A stretch of DNA of 63,826 nt, the filler included, from Reclinomonas americana ATCC 50394 (Eukaryota): NCBI GenBank assembly GCA_048213135.1. It is 8 parts of 4 records of this genome, joined end to end, with 100 filler letters (N's around TTAATTAATTAA, not from the genome) between each part and the next. Parts side by side here need not be neighbours in the genome. Positions count along the whole stretch, not along the records: positions 30,261 to 43,796 come from PS015106.1; positions 43,897 to 48,166 come from PS015107.1; positions 48,267 to 51,880 come from PS015107.1; 5 more parts are not named here. The stretch is one strand, 5' to 3'. The notes under the pieces were generated by a model. The model did not search any database, was not told the DNA's origin, and saw only the letters and a program-made list of their open reading frames with translations. A program made the position numbers and the translations under genes. Shown one piece after another: positions 35,685 to 49,273 of the stretch (position 1 is the stretch's first letter; every line of letters starts with the position of its first letter).

Positions 35685-38600
35685 CTACACAGCCGCAGCG
35701 GCCGCACCTCGATCGACCTCCATCGCTGTTGGTGGCGGCTCGCCGTCGCTCTTGCTGCTACGGCGTTCCTTATCCCTGCTGCTGCGACTCGATCCAGATT
35801 CGTGTCGTCGTCGATCGCTGCTGCCGTCCTTGTCGCGATCGCGGCGGTCGGAGCTCGACTCGTGTCTCCGCTCCTTCCGCTCACCCTCCTTGTCCGTGGA
35901 CTCGTGTTTCCGCTCCTTCCGCTCACCCGCCTTGTCCGTGGACTCGTGCTTCCGCTCCTTCCGCTCACCCGCCTTGTCCGTGGACTCGTGCTTCCGCTCC
36001 TTCCGCTCACCCGCCTTGTCCGTGGACTCGTGCTTCCGCTCCTTCCGCTCACCCTCCTTGTCTGTGGACTCTTGCTTCGAATTCTTCCGTTCACCCTCCT
36101 TGTCTGTCGACTCGCGTCTCCGCTCCTTGCGTTCACCCTCCTTGTCCGTGGACTCACGTCGGCGGGAAGAGGACGATGATGATGAAGCGGTAGTAGTGGT
36201 GGTGGCACTGTCCGAGTCGCGACGCTCCTTGCGTTCGCGATTGCTGCTGGACTTCTCCGCCGTCGCCTCCTTGTGTGATCGCTCCTTGGTCGCGCTGCTG
36301 CTGCCTTCGGGCTTGCGTTCCCTGTCGCCTCCATGCCGAGAGGAGGACGAGGACGAGGTGCTCTTGCCCTTGTCTTCTCCGCGATCCCGCTCACGTTCCC
36401 GAGATGGCTGCGACGACGACGACGACGACTCCTTCACCGACTCGTCGCGACTCGACCGCCTGCGGCTCTCCTCCGAGGCACCGCTGTCCCGCGACGACTT
36501 GTGCTCCTCCTTCTTGCTGCTTGCGCCACTCTCCGTGCGCTGTCGTTTCGTTGGCCGTGTGTCGTCCGTCTCGGTGGAGTCCTTTGTGGACGATGCCTCC
36601 TTCTCCTTCTCCACCTCCTCACGTCGTCGCTTGGAACGATCACCGCCACTGCGACCTTCATCGCCCTCGCCACTGCGCTGCGTCGCGACGTCTTTCGACG
36701 CCTCCTTCTCCGCCTCCTCATGTCGCCGCTTGGAACGGTCATCGCGTTCGGCGTCCTTTGGTGTTTCCTTCTCCGTCTCCTCACGTCGCCGCCTGGAACG
36801 GTCATCGCCATCACTGCTGCGCCTCGGCGACCGTGATCGCCTCGCACGTTTCCGTGCACGCTCGTCCTCTTCGGCGGTGGCACCCTCCACCGCTGCCTCG
36901 CCTTCCGGCGCTCGTTTCCGCGACGAGCGATCGCGCTCACCACTCGACGGCTTGTCCTTCTTCCAGCCCTCGGCCACCGCCATGGCCGCCTCGACGACGC
37001 TCGCCGACGGCTTGGAATCGCCCGCCCCACTATCGTCACCAGCCGTCGGTGTCGTGGCCTCCACATTCTTTTCGCTCTCCTTGTCACGATCAGCCTTCGC
37101 GCCGCCAGTGCTGTCCCGATCCTTGCTGCTGTGGCGGCGATCTTCGCGCGAACGGCTGCGCCGACGGCGGTCACTGTCCCGATCGCGGCTGGAGCGGCGC
37201 TCGCGACTCGACTCGCGCCGACGAGGGTGCCTCGAGTCGTGTACTGGCGACCGCGACCTGGATCTCGAACGACGCGACGAATGCCGACTGTGGTAGCGAT
37301 TGCGATCGACTGGTGACGGGGATCGGTGCCGACCTCCTCCTCTGCCTCCGACAGATGACGACGACGAGGACGGTTGCCCGCCGTGCATCGGCGGTGGCAT
37401 GAATGGAGGGCCTCCGGGACCCGGATAGCGTCCACCTCCACCAGCAGCGCCACCGTAATAGTGAGGAGGCATGTGTCCGTAGGGCGGCATGGGTGCATGG
37501 TAAAGCGAAGGGTGATGGGGTGGAGGAGGTGCGAAACCACGATACGGCTGCATGGCAACATGCGGAGCATAAGGTGACACCATCGGTGCGCCGTTAGGCA
37601 TCATGTACATCGCAGGAGTCATCAGCGGCTGGCCTGGTGTCAGCGTCGGTGGTCCCACATGTTTCAGTTCTGCGCGGAGCGGCATCGCCATGGCCGAACG
37701 CGTCGCATCGTCGAGCGACTGTAGGCGCTGCGGTTTCGCCGTTGGTGCCTCCAGCAGGCCGTCCACCACCACCACCGGCTGCGGTGTCGGCGTCGGTGTG
37801 TTCTCCGCAGCGTCTTCACCGACACTCTTCAGCGCGCCGCCAGCAATCGGTGCTACCGCATCACCGTTTTGCTGCTGCTCCTGCTGTGGTGGTGTGCCGG
37901 TTCTCTCGGCCGCAGCCTCTCCGCTGCCGTGCGACGCGCCGTCCTGATGATCTTCTTCTTCTTCGTCATCCTCGTCTTCCTCTTCGTCCTCCTCAGCCTC
38001 AGCTGCGGCCAGCTGCCGTCGAGCCTCCTCTTCGGCAGCCGCTGCTCGCTCCGCCTCTTCAACTGGATCGGGTCGACCCTCTGCAAAATGTGGACGAACA
38101 ATAAACACGCCTGCCAGAACAAAAAAAACCACCACCACCAAGCTCTTTTCCCTCACTGTCCCTGTCTACGGCGAAAGAAAAATGTCGACGCTGCGATGCA
38201 AAAGGAGGAACCGCCACAGCCGGGCCACCGGCAATCATCACACACGAAACCCCACACACACAAACACATGCATGCAGTTGAACACAGAGCAACAGCGCCC
38301 GAGAAAACACATCAAGAGAAGCAGCCGATGCACCACGTGCAACTGTTATTTTCTTCCTCCTCCATCACAACCACCACCACCACCACCATCGCTGCCTCTC
38401 ACCCTGTCTCTTGTCTGACTGCAGAAAACTAGCACTAAACCCAGAAGCCAGCGCCGGTCCGACCCTCCGAGAGCGTCTGGGACGAGTGACGAGACGCCAA
38501 GGGACACCACAGAAGAAAAAACAACCCGGCCGGCGCACGCAAGGGCAACAACAGCAGGCAGCACTCCATCGATGCATGCCTCCGTATTTTATTCACGAGC

Positions 38601-40399
38601 TGCATGCCCTTGCGTGTGCCAACACGAGCTGCCTCTTCCATGGCATCCCTTGGCGACCTCGTACACTCACCATCGGCATGTGCGATCGATCCATCGTTCT
38701 TCACCCACATGCGCGCCACGATCACGAGCAGCCTACTTTCGCAGCACTTGCGGTCCATGCGCGGCACCATTATCATCGCCACCCGTCGTTCGCCGGCCCA
38801 GCCACGTACTACCACTCACTCAACTCAACTCACTTCTCTTCTTCTCCTTCTCTATCCATCTCTCTCTAGTCTGCCACTCTCACCTTGCGCAATCTTCTCT
38901 CGTGCTTTCCGGACTTGATCTCGCAGCTGCACGTATTGCTTGAGGTCGGCAACCGGGTCGATCACGGACGCACACTCTGGGCACCGACCGTCGTGCGTGT
39001 TCAAGTACTCCACAATGGCTGGCGAGTTCACAGTCAGCACAAACAAAGCACCCGCCATTCATTATCTCTCGTGCTGCACGGCGCGACTCACCAGGTCGAT
39101 TGTAGGCGTGATTGCAGCATGCTGTGCGCACCGGATCCACCATCCACTTGTGACTCAGCGGGCACAAGAACGAGGCATCGCCCACGGACGCCGCCAGCTT
39201 CTTCAGCATGCTGGTGAACTGAGATCTGTGCAGCCGGTCAACAACAACAACGAAGGAGACACACAACAAAAGGCGGGGCGACGCAACTCGTCGGCAATCG
39301 GCTTCATTTGCACATTGTCGGTGCCGTCGCCGGTCTTGCTCAGATACTTGGTGGGCACACCTTTGGTGTTTTGCTTTCTCGGTGCACGCTCTGTGCGCAG
39401 CTGTTGCATGCTCTTTTTCATTTGTGTACGCGCCTCACGAACCATCCTGTGTACAACAAACGGCACGTGAGCACTGCAGTCCATTCCCCTCACCTCCGGG
39501 ACCACAAACAGAAAAACAACGCAACGTTCGATGCCGCTGACTGTGCTCCCTGCTCATCATTCGCATCATCTCATCCTCCGTCAGCTGCACTTGCGGCTGC
39601 CCGGGCGCCGACCAAATCGTACTTGCCGCCGTCGCAACCGGCGCTGCAGCCAGTACCGTCGTGGTGGCGCCAGCAGCGCCAGCGCCACTGGATGCACCAC
39701 CGCCACCCGTCGCCGCCGACACACTCGACGAGCCCATGGTGGCAGACGCCTGTCCTCCTCCTCCTCCCCCCATCCCTCCGTGCGTGGCTCCAGATGCCGC
39801 TGCTGCTGCCGCAGCGGCCGCAGACGACGACGACTCCTTGGGTCCAGTCGACGAGCTGTGTCGCGTGTTAGTTGTAACGTCAATTGTCAATCATCCCCTC
39901 ACCAAGAAGAGGAGCAGCAACGCAACGCTGTGAGAATCATCGAGCCACGACCAACCGGCCTGGTACGCGGAACACGCTTCACCACCACGCAGATGTTGCG
40001 AGGAATCAGTGACGTATCGCGGTCAAACTCTGCATTGCACCACACCAAAAAAAAAAGTGAGATGACCGACATGCTTCCCACTCACACTCGCCACGCGCAC
40101 ACACACAAGCACACGCACACAGCACGCCTCGCACAGCTCTCTCTTGCACACACACAAAGATGAGGCACACCTTCACCAGTCTCCGCATGTGTAAACTGCA
40201 AGTCAAAGTCCGTGGAGCGACTCATGCGCCGCTTCTCCATCACCAACCGCTTCAACTCGCCCACTGAGATGTGACTGGACGACACGGGAACCTGATCCGC
40301 CACCGTCTCTGCAGCGCGCGCGCGAACATGTCACCCACACTCACACATTCTCCAGCGATCAGCCCACTCACCTGCGAAGAAACGGAAGAAGACCGACAT
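35685..40399 (-). CDS. RBBP6: RBBP6/Mpe1-like protein: DWNN ubiquitin-like domain, RING/U-box, Pro-rich and RS/charged tail
   Basis: MSVFFRF...HISVGELKRLVM...DFDLQFTHAETGEEF.RDTSLIPRNICVVVKRVP (DWNN); LTEDEMM; KGVPTKYL; FLCPLSHKWMVDPVRTACCNHAYNRPAIVEYL...RCPEC; long RS-rich last exon. Confidence 0.85.
35857..36155 (-). repeat. 39-bp coding tandem repeat (~7.5 units, KERKHESTDKAGER-type)
   Basis: Repeated GACTCGTGCTTCCGCTCCTTCCGCTCACCCGCCTTGTCCGTG-type units in the RBBP6-like last exon. Confidence 0.9.
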
Positions 40400-40541
40400 G
40401 GCCGCTGTGTTTGAGTGCGTGCGCTCTCTCCCACGCGCGCTTCGAAGTGTTTGTGTGCGTGACCAAAGTGACGTCATCGAGCCGGAACTGTCCCAATCAA
40501 CGACTACGGACACTCGACGCGTGCGAGACAGACTCACCGGA
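40400..40541. promoter_or_regulatory. Candidate bidirectional promoter
   Basis: 142 bp between divergent ATGs, containing TGACGTCA (40469), CCGGAA (40482) and CCAAT (40493). Confidence 0.45.
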
Positions 40542-43500
40542 ATGAGTGTGCGTCCTCCGCGACTGGACTCGCACGATCCAGTGGCGCGCGCTGACTCGAC
40601 CAACTTTGCCTTTCTCCTCGTCAACGTTGCGCTCTCAACACTCTGTATTCTCCTCTCTATCTCTCTGCTCACTCTTTGCCTCCATGTGTGTGTGTGAGAG
40701 CAGAACGGGGACGCGCGTCTGTCGATCAACGTTCCAGACACGGCGGTGTTTCGCGATGGGCAGCTGGTGGCCTGGTTCTTTACCTCGAAAGTTGCGCGTG
40801 TTAATATTGCCTCTCTTTTATGATCGTGTATTGATCTGCGTGTGCAAGCAGCGTGGTCATGTGATGCGTCATCGCGCGTCTGCGCTGGTGGTCTCCAGCG
40901 TCAACAGGGAGTTTGTGAAGCAGGCGCTGAGACAGTCGGGAAATTCGCGGAAACTCATTGCTGCTCTTCGCAAGGGTGCGTGCGTGCGTGTAGGTTGCTG
41001 TGTCTTTACCTCTGTGTCTCATGTGCCACGCGGTGTGTTAGATCACTGCCGACCGAGTCTGCTGCTTGGTGAACCGTTTCATGAGCTGATTGATGGGCTG
41101 GAGCACTCGCATCTGATGGGATCGCGGCGACCGGAGAATACGGTGTTGTCGCTGACGGTGCAGCGATATGTGAGTGGAGTGCATCGGTATGTGACGGCGT
41201 ATGAGCGTGAGGAGATTGACGATCAGTACTTTCGAGTGCGTGGCGAGAAGACCGAGGTGGAGGAGTGGTGGGATGTGACGGGCGGGCTCGGAAGTGGCGT
41301 GGGTAGCAAGCGACGAGCTGGCGTGCCGCGATGGGAGCCCATGCGCGACGATGATGCCACGTTTGTCGACTTGCGGTCACAGACGCTGCGCATTGTTGAC
41401 TTTGTGCGGCGCGCTCACGATGTGGATCTGGTGCGATTGGAGTGCGAGTTTGTCGCCGCGTTCGATGGCAAGGTAGGGCAACTTGGAGTGACTGAGTGAG
41501 CGATCGATGACAGTGTGCTGATCGATGCCTTGCGACGCACAGATCTACTTGACCTCGATTCAGGATTTTGCGTGGATCGACGACAGCAATCCGGGTCGGC
41601 CACTCATTCGCACCATGTCGCAGCTGCACGGCTACACCAACTCCACGTTTCACTACCTGGACAGTGATCCACCAGCACCGTCGCAACCCACCGATGCCAT
41701 GAGCATCACCACTCCACTGACACCACTCAGCATCACGTGGGGCGACGCCGACGAGGAGCAACAGCACGGGAGTGGTGGTGAGGAGGCGTCCGACGGCATG
41801 CTGGCGCGCAGTGCCAGCTTCGCCATGGTCGTCAATCGCACTCGTGCCGTGACGGCGCAAGCGAACCGCGATTTGCACGCTCGCATGCGACGCGACGGCC
41901 TGCACGCCCCGCCGTCGCCCGTCAGCAGTCCTGGAGGCGTCTCATCGTCGGACGACGCCATGTCGGTGCTGGCCGATTTTCCGATTCAGATCGGCGTCAA
42001 TCCGACGCAGATCGACAAGTGGGCGCACCAGCGCACACAGGAGCGGCGCATGGAGATCAAGTTGCCGCACTTTGTTCACAACTACTCGAATCTGGGGCGA
42101 CCGGCGTCGGCGCGCAGTTCCACTCAGCAGCAATTGTCGTCGCGATCCAAGGTGCGCATCGGCACCTGTTTTTTTAATGATCTTGCTGCTGCTAACCCTC
42201 ATGACTCTGCACAGACCGCGTCGAACGGCGATGTCGCCTCAGCCACGGCACCGGCTTCCGCACGGGGAACCACACCGAGACCACCGTCGGCACCGAAACC
42301 GAAGCGCAGCGCGCGAGGCAACTCGGCGACAAGTCGTGCGCGCGAAGTGGTGGCCACGGCGCGTGCACACTTGCGGCAACCGCGTGCGGCCAAGGGCAGC
42401 ACCGCGATTCTGGTGCGGCAAGATCGGCATGTGGCCGATTTGCAGTTTACGGCCCGAGTGCGTGCGCACGCCGAGCGTGTGTACTCGCGCATCATCAACG
42501 ACTATCACAACTACTCGCATCTGCATCCGCTCGGCGGTGGCATGGAGAAGCCGCCGGCGCCGCCAAAGAAGGAGACACCACGGAGAGAGTCGTTTGCCGG
42601 TGTCGAGGGCGAGGAGCTGTCGGAGGAGGAGTATACGGACTCGGAGTCTGGCGGTGGCGATGACGCGCTGTCGAATGATTCGACACCGATTGTGCGACAC
42701 TTGCTGCGCAACTCGGGGCAGGACATGAGCACGACCGTCGCGGCGGCCGCTGCCGCTATGCGAGACCTGGCCGCATCGCCCGCCGACAGTGCGACACTGG
42801 AGATGATTCACGACGACGACAGCGAGACGAGCTTTGGCGAGCCGGTGGATTCGCAGCTGAGTGACAACACGGTGGCCGTGGAGGGTCGTGGCGGCGTGCG
42901 ACCACCCTCCGCCAAACCACCCAGTGCTGGTCGGCGACCGACGCCATCCGCCGAGGGTGCCCCGTGGCATCGCAGTGGCCTGTCGGTGGTGGTTCCGGAG
43001 AGCGACAGCTTTGAGAACAGCCGCAGCGTGCCGGTGCACTGGCAGGCGTCGACAACAGCGCTCTCACCGCCGACTGGAGAACTGCCTCCGCAAGTCGAAC
43101 CAAGTGCTCCTCCCAGTGGATCACCGCCTGCTGGAGGTCGCCGACGCGCCGCAAGTACACTCGGCAGTGTTGGGCCGCGTGTGGACAGCACTCGGCCGGG
43201 GACGCGATTGCGCTCCAGCACGCAGTTCTCTCGCAAAGCGCCGGCTGCGTGGGAGATTGAGTTGGCCAGCTCGCATCCACCGTCGCCCACCACCGCGCCC
43301 ATCACCTCGGTTCCCTCACGGACTCGGCGCACGTGGCGCGAGCCACTGGCGACGCCACCCAGGGCCATTGATCCGACCACCCGAGCGCCGGCACTGTCGG
43401 CTCTTGCGCAGGGCTTGCGCGAGCGGCCGCTGTCTGCGCCACCGATGCCGCCGGTGCAACCCAAGCCGCCCGCTGCGAGCGAGACGCATGGCCGATCTGC

Positions 43501-43796
43501 CGTCGCCATTGCGACCGGCAAGACCAGCAAGACCACCACCACGACATCAACGGCAATGACAGCGACAGCTACAGCAACAGCAACGGCAGGAACGACGACA
43601 ACAACAACAACGGGCGGATGCATGGCACGGAGACCAACAATGTCGGCGCTGGACACGTCGCCTGAACCGACGACGCCAGTGCACGTCACCAAGGGCCGCG
43701 CGCTCAGCAGTCTGCTGACTCGCATGTCGCAGTCGGCCGCACGTTCATTCGGCCTCTCGCCAACTTCGTCGTCGTTCTCCACCGTATCACCGATGT
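40542..43796 (+). CDS. Uncharacterised protein with possible ATP-grasp-like N-terminal domain and long S/P/T-rich tail (3' truncated)
   Basis: INVPDTAVFRDGQLVAWFFTSK|RGHVMR...VQRYV...LECEFVAAFDGK|IYLTSI, then a >2-kb low-complexity exon running into the linker. Confidence 0.55.
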
Positions 43797-43895
43797 NNNN
43801 NNNNNNNNNNNNNNNNNNNNNNNNNNNNNNNNNNNNNNNNTTAATTAATTAANNNNNNNNNNNNNNNNNNNNNNNNNNNNNNNNNNNNNNNNNNN

Positions 43896-45477
43896 NGCTG
43901 CCGCGGAAGCTGCCGCCCAACACCACACCACCGACGATACCGGGGCTACTGTGGTAGTGGTGCAAGTAGTGCTGCTGCTGTGGCGCCGACGACGAGAGCG
44001 AGGGGAGTGGCGGCAGCGGCGGCAACAACATTGGCTCCACCACCGACAAGTGCATGTGCTCCTCCTCCTCCTCGTCCTCACTGTGCAGTGGCGTCTGGTC
44101 GGGAGTAGCATCGGGGCTGCTCTCAATCACAAACTCCAGTGGGCCCGCCGGATGGATCCGCGACATTTGCACCGTCGCCGGCAACATCTGGCCGCCATCG
44201 ATGCCATTGCGTGGCAGTGTCGACGAACCCGTGACTGCAAGTGTGTGGGGTAAGACACACGAACGCACACACACACACAGGCAAGGAGACGAAAACGCAC
44301 CAGCAGCAGGCACACAAATGGCACCACGCGTCTGCGGGTGATGCCGGCCGCCAAACGCCTGCTCATGCTGCTGCGGATGATGATGTTGGTACTGATGCAT
44401 GTGAATGTGCTGCAGCGGCTGCTGCTGGTGCTGGAGGTGGTGGTGGTGCGGCACCACCGGCGGCGGCGGCACCTCAAACATGGCCGGCTGCGGCACCGCC
44501 ACGGCCGACGACGGCGGCATCACACCCGCGCGATCCATATCCAACATCATGTCCATGTACGAGCTGCTGGCCGGCACCGACACCGTCCACCGCGCCGCCG
44601 CACTCACATCCTGCTGCTGCGGCTGCACCTGCGGATGCGGCTGGAACATGATGGTCGGATGCATCGCATAGTACTGCTGCTGCTGCGGCGTGTGTGAGAC
44701 ATACACCGGCTCCGAGTGTTGCTGCTGCTGCTGTGGTGGCGGAGGAACATAGTACATCGGCGCTTGCATGGGGAGAGGCGGTGCCGGTGGTGGTGGAGGC
44801 ATAAAGTCATCGGGGGAGCCGAATGGAAACTCACGGCCCTCACTCTCCAACGACGGAGTCGGTGTGGTGGGCTCTCGCTGCTGTTGCTGTTGTTGCTGTT
44901 GCTGTTGTTGTTGCTGTGCCATCATGTGCGACAAGTGACATGATGGCATGTCGAGCGTCTCGAAGCCCGGCTCACCAGTGTACGACTGCAACGAGTGCCA
45001 TAGTTTCGATCTGCGAAAACAAAAGAGCACGAAGAGGAGGAATGAGAGAAGGCAATCAATCATCGTCCGCTCTTATGTCAAACGACAGCGAATCACGTTC
45101 GGCGCTCTTAAACTCTCTCCGTCTCTCTCCATCTCCTCTCTGTACGTGGAGGACAGTGTGTGTTTGTGGAGAGAGAGGAGAAGCGCGTGTGTAAAGCGGT
45201 GCCATGACGTGTGCGCGGGGTAATCGCGCACCGCGTCGCCGCGACGCACTCTTTTGTTCCGCCCCACACACGCGCGCACAGTGGCAGTGTGTGCGTGTGT
45301 ATGACAGTGACAGTGACGCACACACATATAAAGGAGTGCGAGATGCGTGTGTGTGCGTGTGTGTGCGAGAGGAAATGGCAAACCACAAACACGCAACGTA
45401 TCAAAGAAGGAGTCGGAGGAGGCATATTGTTGTTGTTGCTGCTGCTGCTGTTGCTGCTGTTCTTGAGCGGCAAACAT
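43896..45477 (-). CDS. Q/P/H-rich protein N-terminus (transcription-regulator-like), 3' truncated
   Basis: Open Gln/Pro/His-rich exons with GT..AG boundaries. No folded domain in view. Confidence 0.5.
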
Positions 45478-45587
45478 GCCGTCGCTATCGCCACGCTCGC
45501 TCGTTTTTTCCGCCTTTCTTCTCGCCCCGGCTCGTCTTCTCTCTCTTCACTCGTGTGAATGCGTAATTGGTCTATTGGCCCTTTCAC

Positions 45588-48151
45588 TCAACGTCCAAGC
45601 GATAACAGATGTGTCCGGATTTCCTCGGCGCGCTTGGCCACGCGCCTCAGCTCGCTCAGATGCTGCGTCTTCCACTCCTCGTGTTGCGCCGCTGCGGATT
45701 CAGCGGCACGCAGCTTGTCGGCAATCGCGTGGCGACGGCCAATCAGCTGCTCCTGACGGCGTTCGGTTTCCGCGTCAGACGACGATGACCGCGGCAGGCG
45801 TTGCTTGGCGTCGTGGAGCGCCACCAACTCGGCAATGGCACGCAGTGCTTCGCGGCACTGGCGGGCCTCCTCGCGCGCTCGCTGGGCGGCTCCCTCCCGG
45901 TCGGCAAAATCGCGCAATCGGGACTCGATCTGCGCCACCTCGCCCCGAAGCGCGGCCTCGGCTTCCGCTTCCTTGTCCTCCACCTCCTCCTCTTCTTCCT
46001 CCTCTTGCGCCACCACTGCTTTCGCCACTTCCGCTTCTGAATAGTCTGCTGACGTGCTGTCGCCCCTCTTTTCCGCGTACAGTGGGGGAGGAGGTGGTGG
46101 TGGAGCTGGTGGTGGGTTGTCCCTCTCCTCCGTCACTTCCGCTTCCTCTTCCTCCTGCGGGAAGACACTCGGCGGTGATTCCCTGTCGACGACCAGTGGT
46201 GGTGGTGGTGGTGGTGGTGGTGGTGGTGGTGGTGGTGGTGGTGGTGGTGGTGGTGGTGGTTGTGGCCGTGGCATCTCATGTGGCACTGGTCGCACAAAGG
46301 CAGACGGTGCCGAGCGGCTGGAGACGTTGCCGGCGGGCGCGGCAGGTGGAACTGCCGAACAAGTGAGACAAGTGAACACATTGTCGTCAGTGTGCAAAGC
46401 AACGCACCACGCAATTGTCGTGGTTGTGGAGCTGCTGCTGTTGCAGTTGTTGCAGTGGTGGGTGCGGCAAAGGGCTTTGGCAAACCTGCGCACTCGACAA
46501 ATGAGATACTTTCAGAAAACACACCATGCTCGACAACCGCCCACGCAACTGCGAGGCACTGGTCGTTGAGGATCTGCGAGACGACAGTGCGCGGTGAGTG
46601 AATGGAGACTGGTTTGCCGACGCACACAGTAACGCAACTGGCCGCGCCCGGCACACCACGTTGCGGTGCGCGTGTGGCAGTGGTCACGACTGTGCGCAAC
46701 GAACAATCAAGTGAGCGGGCATGAATACATCGTACAGATCGGAAGCACTCGCCACCACACCTTGCAGCTGGTGATGACTGTCGGCCGACGAGTCGCTGAT
46801 GGAGATTTCTGCGAGGCAGCTGCTGGTGAGCGCTGCGTTCTCCACACACAAAACGAAGCTTCAGTCTCGCCTCACCACCGCCACCGGCACGCGGAATGCT
46901 GGACAGCTCGAGCGCAGGTACCGAAGGCACAGGAGCGGGCCGGCGCACCGCAGCAGGAGCAGAAGGAACCGCTGCTGTCAAGCCGAGTGACGACTGAAAC
47001 ATGCCGGGGATGCGTGGCGCAGGACGAGGAGGTGGCTTCGGAACCAGCCAGTCGAGTGTGGTCGGCAGGTGACTTAGAGCAGCCCTGTGGGTGCCTGCAC
47101 GTAAGCACAATATCGTCGCCACACAAACATGCACAAGACGAACCGCTGGCGAATCTCCTCATCTCGAGCATTATCTCGCGCCATGCGTGCCTGTGCAGCT
47201 CGCTCGCGCTCCTCGCGCCGCTCGGCAAATCCCTGCTCGATCTCCCGTGGCAGGTGCAGACGCGCTAGTGCAGGAAGTGCTCCACTGCCACTACTGCCGC
47301 CGGCTGCGGCCGATCCACCCGCCCCCAAGCGTCGACCCTTGCCAAGCGCTTTTTCCTTCCAATGATGCGCAATGCGTTCCACCAGCTGAAACACCCGCGC
47401 GTTGCGCTGTGCCTCCTGCGCAGCCAGATACTCCAAGCGGCGAGAACGGCGTGCAAGTCCCACCTCCAGCCACCGTGTCACGCCCTGTTTCAACAGTCGC
47501 TCCTGTCGCGCCCGCAGCGCATCACGTTTCTCCGCATGACGCAGTCTCCTTTGGTCACGGTGGGCGACAAACGCCGCAAACACTCGCCGTTTCAACGTTC
47601 GCTCCCCAAAGTGCGTCGCTGCACGTGCCTGCGTAGCTTCTTCTTGCCGACGCACAAACTCGGCACGCCAACGACGCCACACTTGTTGCTTCTGGCGCAA
47701 CACGCGATACCGTGTCGCCAGCATTCGTCGTGCCTGGTGCACCACGCGTTAGATGACTCGAATCGTGACGCGTACAAGAGGGAGTGGACACACCTTTTTC
47801 AGTCGCCGCACGCTCGTATACTCGCGCCACGCACGCAGCGTGCGCGACATTTGACGACCCCAGTTGAAGGCATTCGCGCGTGCCCTTGCCACGCGATTCA
47901 TCACGCGATGCGCGTACAGATCCATCCAGTAGCGCATGACTCGGCGTTTGATACCCAACTGCAGTTTGCGTCGCACCGCCTGAGCTGCCTCCATTTCCTC
48001 TGCCTCGAAGCGCAGTCTCTCATCGGTGCGCTCGCGCCACAATGCAAAGGCGTCGCGCAGACGCGATGTGGTGGCCAGACGTCGCGCCGCTTGCGAGCGC
48101 AGTCGATCCACTCGCCACCGCCGGCACACACGAAACCACTCACTCACACAC
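45588..48151 (-). CDS. Sfi1-like centrin-binding repeat protein, C-terminal part
   Basis: Periodic Trp repeats (LRDAFALWR, KRRVMRYW, SRTLRAWR, KQQVWRRWR, LKQGVTRW), followed by a Pro-rich segment and terminal coiled coil. Confidence 0.7.
46196..46261. repeat. (GGT)n microsatellite encoding poly-Pro on the minus strand
   Basis: About 22 GGT units inside the last Sfi1-like exon. Confidence 0.9.
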
Positions 48152-48692
48152 CTGCGAGGGAGAAGCNNNNNNNNNNNNNNNNNNNNNNNNNNNNNNNNNN
48201 NNNNNNNNNNTTAATTAATTAANNNNNNNNNNNNNNNNNNNNNNNNNNNNNNNNNNNNNNNNNNNNGGGAAGGGGTAAGGGGGATAGGGGGATTGGGAGG
48301 GAGAGAGAGAGATAGAGAGACACAGATTGATAACGAGAAAGAAGTGAGAGAGATAAGGAGGAGGAAGACATGAAGAAGCCAGGAGATCGAAGAATGCGAA
48401 TGCAGCAGGTGAGGTGATGGAGACAACGATATGAGCAGCGTGACAAGCCGGTCGATCATGAGACTGTGAGAGACAGAGGACTGCAGACCAAGTGGTGCTG
48501 ATTTGTGGGGTTGCGAAGGTCAGAGGAAGGAGGGTCGCGAGACGTTGAGTATGAAGCACTGACAGTAGACTGAGACACGAGGAGAGTGATGGGGAGGGCA
48601 CGGCAGTGAGCGTGCTGAGACAACGAGAGGCACTGTATGACATTGACAGATAAACTGTGAGTGAGTGAGTGAGTGAGTGAGTGAGTGAGTGA

Positions 48693-48746
<54 letters not shown>

Positions 48747-49273
48747 ACATGCATGTTTGCGGTGAAAGAATGTCTATGGTATCTCTTTCATCATCTTTCG
48801 CTGTTTGGAGTGTCACTGTTCGTTGAACATGAAGGATAGATAAGGAGAATGATTGTGATAGCGAATGCGGGAAAGAATGCAACGAGCGCGGCAACAGAAG
48901 ACCGACAATGAGATATAGAGGACTGCAGAAGGGAATGAGAATGCCAGGAGAGTGCTGAGGGATGATGGGGAATCATAGGAAAGTTGTTGAGTGAAGTAGA
49001 GAGAAGAGCGACAAACGAGAGCAAATTGGATGAGCGTGAGTGATTGAGAAAGAGGGAGGGCAACGAGAAAAGCGCTGAAGAGAGATGAGGTAGGGATGTA
49101 AGAGAGAAAGAAGCAGATAAGAAAGAGAGAGCAGACAAGAGAGTCAGCGAGGAAGAGTGTTCGTGTCTGTCTCTGTCTGTCTTTCATATCATCTTGTCCT
49201 CAATGTGTGTCTCTTCTCTCCCTCTTCTCTCCCTCTTCTCTCTCCCTTCCTCCCTCTCTCTTCGCCCCTTCAG

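Noticed and set aside
35857-36155. Regular 39-bp repeats as a CRISPR array, given the Cas4-like gene in the window
   Set aside because: No unique spacers; the unit is a multiple of 3 and codes in frame within a eukaryotic exon.
35752-37296. Long plus-strand ORF (514 aa) and similar antisense ORFs elsewhere
   Set aside because: Shadows of GC-rich low-complexity coding exons on the opposite strand.
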